From positions 37,521 to 101,520 of the forward strand of contig CAYXZI010000001.1 in NCBI GenBank assembly GCA_964470105.1: a stretch of DNA of 64,000 bases, written 5' to 3'. Origin of the DNA: an uncultured Candidatus Saccharibacteria bacterium (GTDB taxonomy: Bacteria > Patescibacteriota > Minisyncoccia > Phycocordibacterales > PALSA-1337). The notes below the pieces were generated by a model. The model had not been told where the DNA came from. It searched no databases and was given only the letters and a program-made list of their open reading frames with translations. The position numbers and the translations under genes were made by a program. Below, piece by piece: positions 61,087 to 64,000 of the stretch (the first letter of the stretch is position 1; every line of letters begins with the position of its first letter).

Positions 61087-62402
61087 AGTGATCTTACTAT
61101 CTTAACAAACTTTTCACCCCTCTCTTTTCTTGAAATATCAATACCGACAGCATCAAATGCAGGACTAAATAATATCCTATCCCCTTTTTCTGAAGATTCG
61201 AAAGCAAATCTTACCGCATCATCAAGTGATATTGAGTTAGTTACTTTTAATCCATCAATCCTATTAAGATCTAATCGTATACCTAATGTTCCGCTACCAG
61301 AGAGAAGAATTACATGGTGGACATGTTCAGATATCACCTTAATCAAATCGCTATAATCATATCCTGTATACGCCCCACCCATAATCAGAACGACTCTTTT
61401 TCCTGTAGAATATATTGAGCGTATAGCTGATATTGTAGACTCTGGAGTGACCGAATGTGCATCATTAAAAAACTCAACCTGATTTACTTTTTTAACAAAT
61501 TCCATACATCCTTTTATGATAGGTAGTTCCTCTGTTGTCTCTTTAACCAATTCTGGATTTACTTTAAATAGTTCAGCCGCTTGAAGAACCAGAGCTAGAT
61601 TATCCCTATTATGTAATATCTTTTTATCTATGTCCCAATCATTAGGAATCATACTTCCCCGTGTTCTTAGAATTTTAGCCTTAGATGGAAAGTTTTTTTG
61701 CTCTTTAATTATATCGACAACATTGTCAGGAGCTATTATGAAGTTATTGTATGTCTGTGAATTCAGAATACCAAAGGATATTACGGAGGTTATAACAGCT
61801 ACATGAGGACTTATATTAATATTAGTATAGTAATTCATTAATTGCTCAGGTATTCTTGCCACAACCACATCATCTTTCTTGATTTTTCTTAAATGAACTA
61901 GAGCTCCACTACTTGAGTCTGGATCGATTAAAAAAATACCCTGATCTTTATAAAGTGCAAATGATCTTTTTAAAACAGCATATATCATCTTTGATACACT
62001 ACTTTTGCCATACTGACCAACTACTCCCACAAGAGTAATTGGTGGGGAAAGCTTGAAAAATAGTGTTTCTGGAAATTCAATCTGAATCTCTGCAGAAATA
62101 GCTTTTTTGAGAAAGAAAGACTTTTTAGATATCTCAGGTGAGATAATAATCAGGTCATAATTTATAAGAGATTCTGAATCAATTGACCCGAAAATTGTTT
62201 TATCTAATTTTAAATCCTTAAGATCTGGCAGAATATTCTTTAGTCTCTTTTCGCTCCTCATATCGTATATTGATACACTGGCCTTAGTTTTTGAAAGAAA
62301 CTTAATATCAGCCATCATTTCACCATGAGGTCCTAGACCGATTACCGCAATCCTCTTATCATTAAAATAGTCTTTATAGCTCACGGATACACAATATACC
62401 AA
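61083..62402 (-). CDS. MurD-like ligase, central motifs degenerate
   Basis: IAVIGLG, SP.I, G..GKS, FFND..S.TP, LIMGG, ILFSPAF, ERG..F; start uncertain. Confidence 0.75.
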   Translation of the reverse strand: MVYCVSVSYKDYFNDKRIAVIGLGPHGEMMADIKFLSKTKASVSIYDMRSEKRLKNILPDLKDLKLDKTIFGSIDSESLINYDLIIISPEISKKSFFLKKAISAEIQIEFPETLFFKLSPPITLVGVVGQYGKSSVSKMIYAVLKRSFALYKDQGIFLIDPDSSSGALVHLRKIKKDDVVVARIPEQLMNYYTNINISPHVAVITSVISFGILNSQTYNNFIIAPDNVVDIIKEQKNFPSKAKILRTRGSMIPNDWDIDKKILHNRDNLALVLQAAELFKVNPELVKETTEELPIIKGCMEFVKKVNQVEFFNDAHSVTPESTISAIRSIYSTGKRVVLIMGGAYTGYDYSDLIKVISEHVHHVILLSGSGTLGIRLDLNRIDGLKVTNSISLDDAVRFAFESSEKGDRILFSPAFDAVGIDISRKERGEKFVKIVRSL

Positions 62403-62405
62403 ATA

Positions 62406-62723
62406 TCAATCACTATCAACTACGTCATTTTCTGCATTCTCAATTAGCTTTTTTACTTTAATCAATTCCTGCAATAGAGCTTGCATCTTTGTTGCCTCAT
62501 CATCTCCTATATAATCAAACATTGAGAATGATGATAACTTTCGTAAAAACAAATTATATATATCGTTAAAGTATTTCTCAAGAACTTCTATGTTACTCTG
62601 CGTATTCAGTCCAGAGTCTCTAACCGCATAGACATCAGCAGGACGACTCACTCCCTCAAAATACAAGTAATCATCCGATAGGATGCCATCAATTGATGGC
62701 GAACTTATTACATATGTTTTCAT
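62406..62723 (-). CDS. Hypothetical protein
   Basis: 105-aa ORF co-oriented with neighbours. Confidence 0.6.
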   Translation of the reverse strand: MKTYVISSPSIDGILSDDYLYFEGVSRPADVYAVRDSGLNTQSNIEVLEKYFNDIYNLFLRKLSSFSMFDYIGDDEATKMQALLQELIKVKKLIENAENDVVDSD

Positions 62724-62751
62724 CTTTTAAATTATTAGTGAACATTTTTAA

Positions 62752-63498
62752 TTAATACTGAGCATTTATACTTAGATATGTACTTTTTGTGATTATTACA
62801 TGATCTAGTACATTAATACCGATAATCTTACCGGCCTGTATAAGTTGATGAGTAATTTCTATGTCTTGAGCACTTGGAGTTACCACATTTGATGGGTGAT
62901 TATGTGCCAGGACCAATGCAGCAGCACTGTACTCAATAGCTGGACGGAACACCTCCCTGGGGTGGACTATATTTGTATTAATTGTACCAATTGAAATAAC
63001 CTCATCATGTATCACCCTATTGTGACTATTTAAATACAAACCTCTTAAGTGTTCTTTCGGTAGGTTATGCATGTCTTGCAGGTACTCGTAGACATCTTTA
63101 GCATTTCTTATTACAGCAAAGCCTGATTCATTATTTTTATATATTCTTCTACCGATCTCGCCGCAAGCAATAATCTGAGCTGCCTTAATACGTGGAATAT
63201 TTAGTTCCTTTGAAAGTCTGTCTGTATCTCTTTCAGACATAATACTCTTCTCACCATACTCTTTTATTATTCTTGTAGACATTTCTAAGACACCCTCAAT
63301 TCTCGTACCGGTATTTAGTATAACAGCCAGCAATTCCTGAAGTGATAATGATTCTGGGCCTACTTTAATTAATTTCTCTCTTGGCTGATCATGTAATGGT
63401 AGATCGTGCACTCTCAATACATATTCCCTATCACTATCAAGGAATAAGTCTGATACTATCTGGTTATAATCACTCTTTAATTTATTGTTTACAGTCAT
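62752..63498 (-). CDS. radC: RadC/JAB domain protein
   Basis: PREKL...G..LS..ELLA, VHPREVF, HNHPS, PS.QD, LDHVII. Confidence 0.93.
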   Translation of the reverse strand: MTVNNKLKSDYNQIVSDLFLDSDREYVLRVHDLPLHDQPREKLIKVGPESLSLQELLAVILNTGTRIEGVLEMSTRIIKEYGEKSIMSERDTDRLSKELNIPRIKAAQIIACGEIGRRIYKNNESGFAVIRNAKDVYEYLQDMHNLPKEHLRGLYLNSHNRVIHDEVISIGTINTNIVHPREVFRPAIEYSAAALVLAHNHPSNVVTPSAQDIEITHQLIQAGKIIGINVLDHVIITKSTYLSINAQY

Positions 63499-63583
63499 GG
63501 ATAAATTATATCCATATACAAAATATGCCCGCAAGGGCATATTTCATGAAATTTTTATCAGAATTTCATAACTCTGTGGGTAA

Positions 63584-63985
63584 CTAGATCAAATCACCGA
63601 ATTTTTTGACTGAAACTGTGTTTTTCTTATCCAATACAAGCACCTTATCCCCTTTCTTTAATACATCTTTTGCATGTAATGCGACCTCAGATATATCTAC
63701 CGTCTTTACTTGGAAGCTTAGTACAGCATATGCCAATCTCAACTCTCTTTGATCCATATCATTTAAACATCCAGCAAATATAGTTGATTCAGGTCTATAT
63801 GAAGACATTGCCTTAACCAAATCAATATTTCCCATAGAAACAAATATGGCTTTTGCTTTCTCTTTGTTTGACTTATCTACAATCTTTTTTGCTAAATCAA
63901 ATACTTTTGACTTAACCTTTGGTGTTTGTGTAAAGTGAATTAATTCTGATCTCTTCTGTTCTGTATATCCCATTACTCTAGCCAT
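63584..63985 (-). CDS. Hypothetical protein (may begin beyond the window)
   Basis: Open frame near the window end. Confidence 0.5.
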   Translation of the reverse strand: MARVMGYTEQKRSELIHFTQTPKVKSKVFDLAKKIVDKSNKEKAKAIFVSMGNIDLVKAMSSYRPESTIFAGCLNDMDQRELRLAYAVLSFQVKTVDISEVALHAKDVLKKGDKVLVLDKKNTVSVKKFGDLI

Positions 63986-64000
63986 AAGCTTTGTAGCCTC

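Noticed and set aside
62752-63498. radC as a marker of a mobile element
   Set aside because: Full-length chromosomal type with no integrase, transposase or att repeats nearby.

Overview
AT-rich, gene-dense bacterial chromosome segment read with the standard genetic code. The gene mix (short proteins, type IV pilin cluster, secA, pyrG, ftsEX, shortened prfB, gatCA, ligA, murB, mraY, SWIB, Gmad2, DUF1761, DUF817, almost no biosynthesis) suggests Patescibacteria/CPR (Parcubacteria-like); that taxonomy is an inference. There are six tRNAs and no rRNA gene, CRISPR array, transposase or integrase. The standout observation is a ~125-nt structured RNA with its own promoter at 42572-42696 (-), between two tRNA-Thr genes. 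It carries exact copies of two conserved ribosomal subunit-interface hairpins: the 16S h24 790 loop (GGATTAGATACCC) and 23S helix 69 (GCCGTAACTATAACGGT), plus a near-copy of the H67/H68 entry. It is a candidate ribosome-mimic RNA. Also notable: three more promoter/terminator-bounded orphan ncRNAs, a long hairpin leader on murB, pervasive leaderless promoters, GC-rich single-gene orphan cassettes, and a mraY/Mur-ligase neighbourhood with an ATP-grasp ligase, an Arg-tRNA-transferase-like protein, a LysW-like protein and a PLP enzyme. All calls were made by eye; no searches or folding programs were run.
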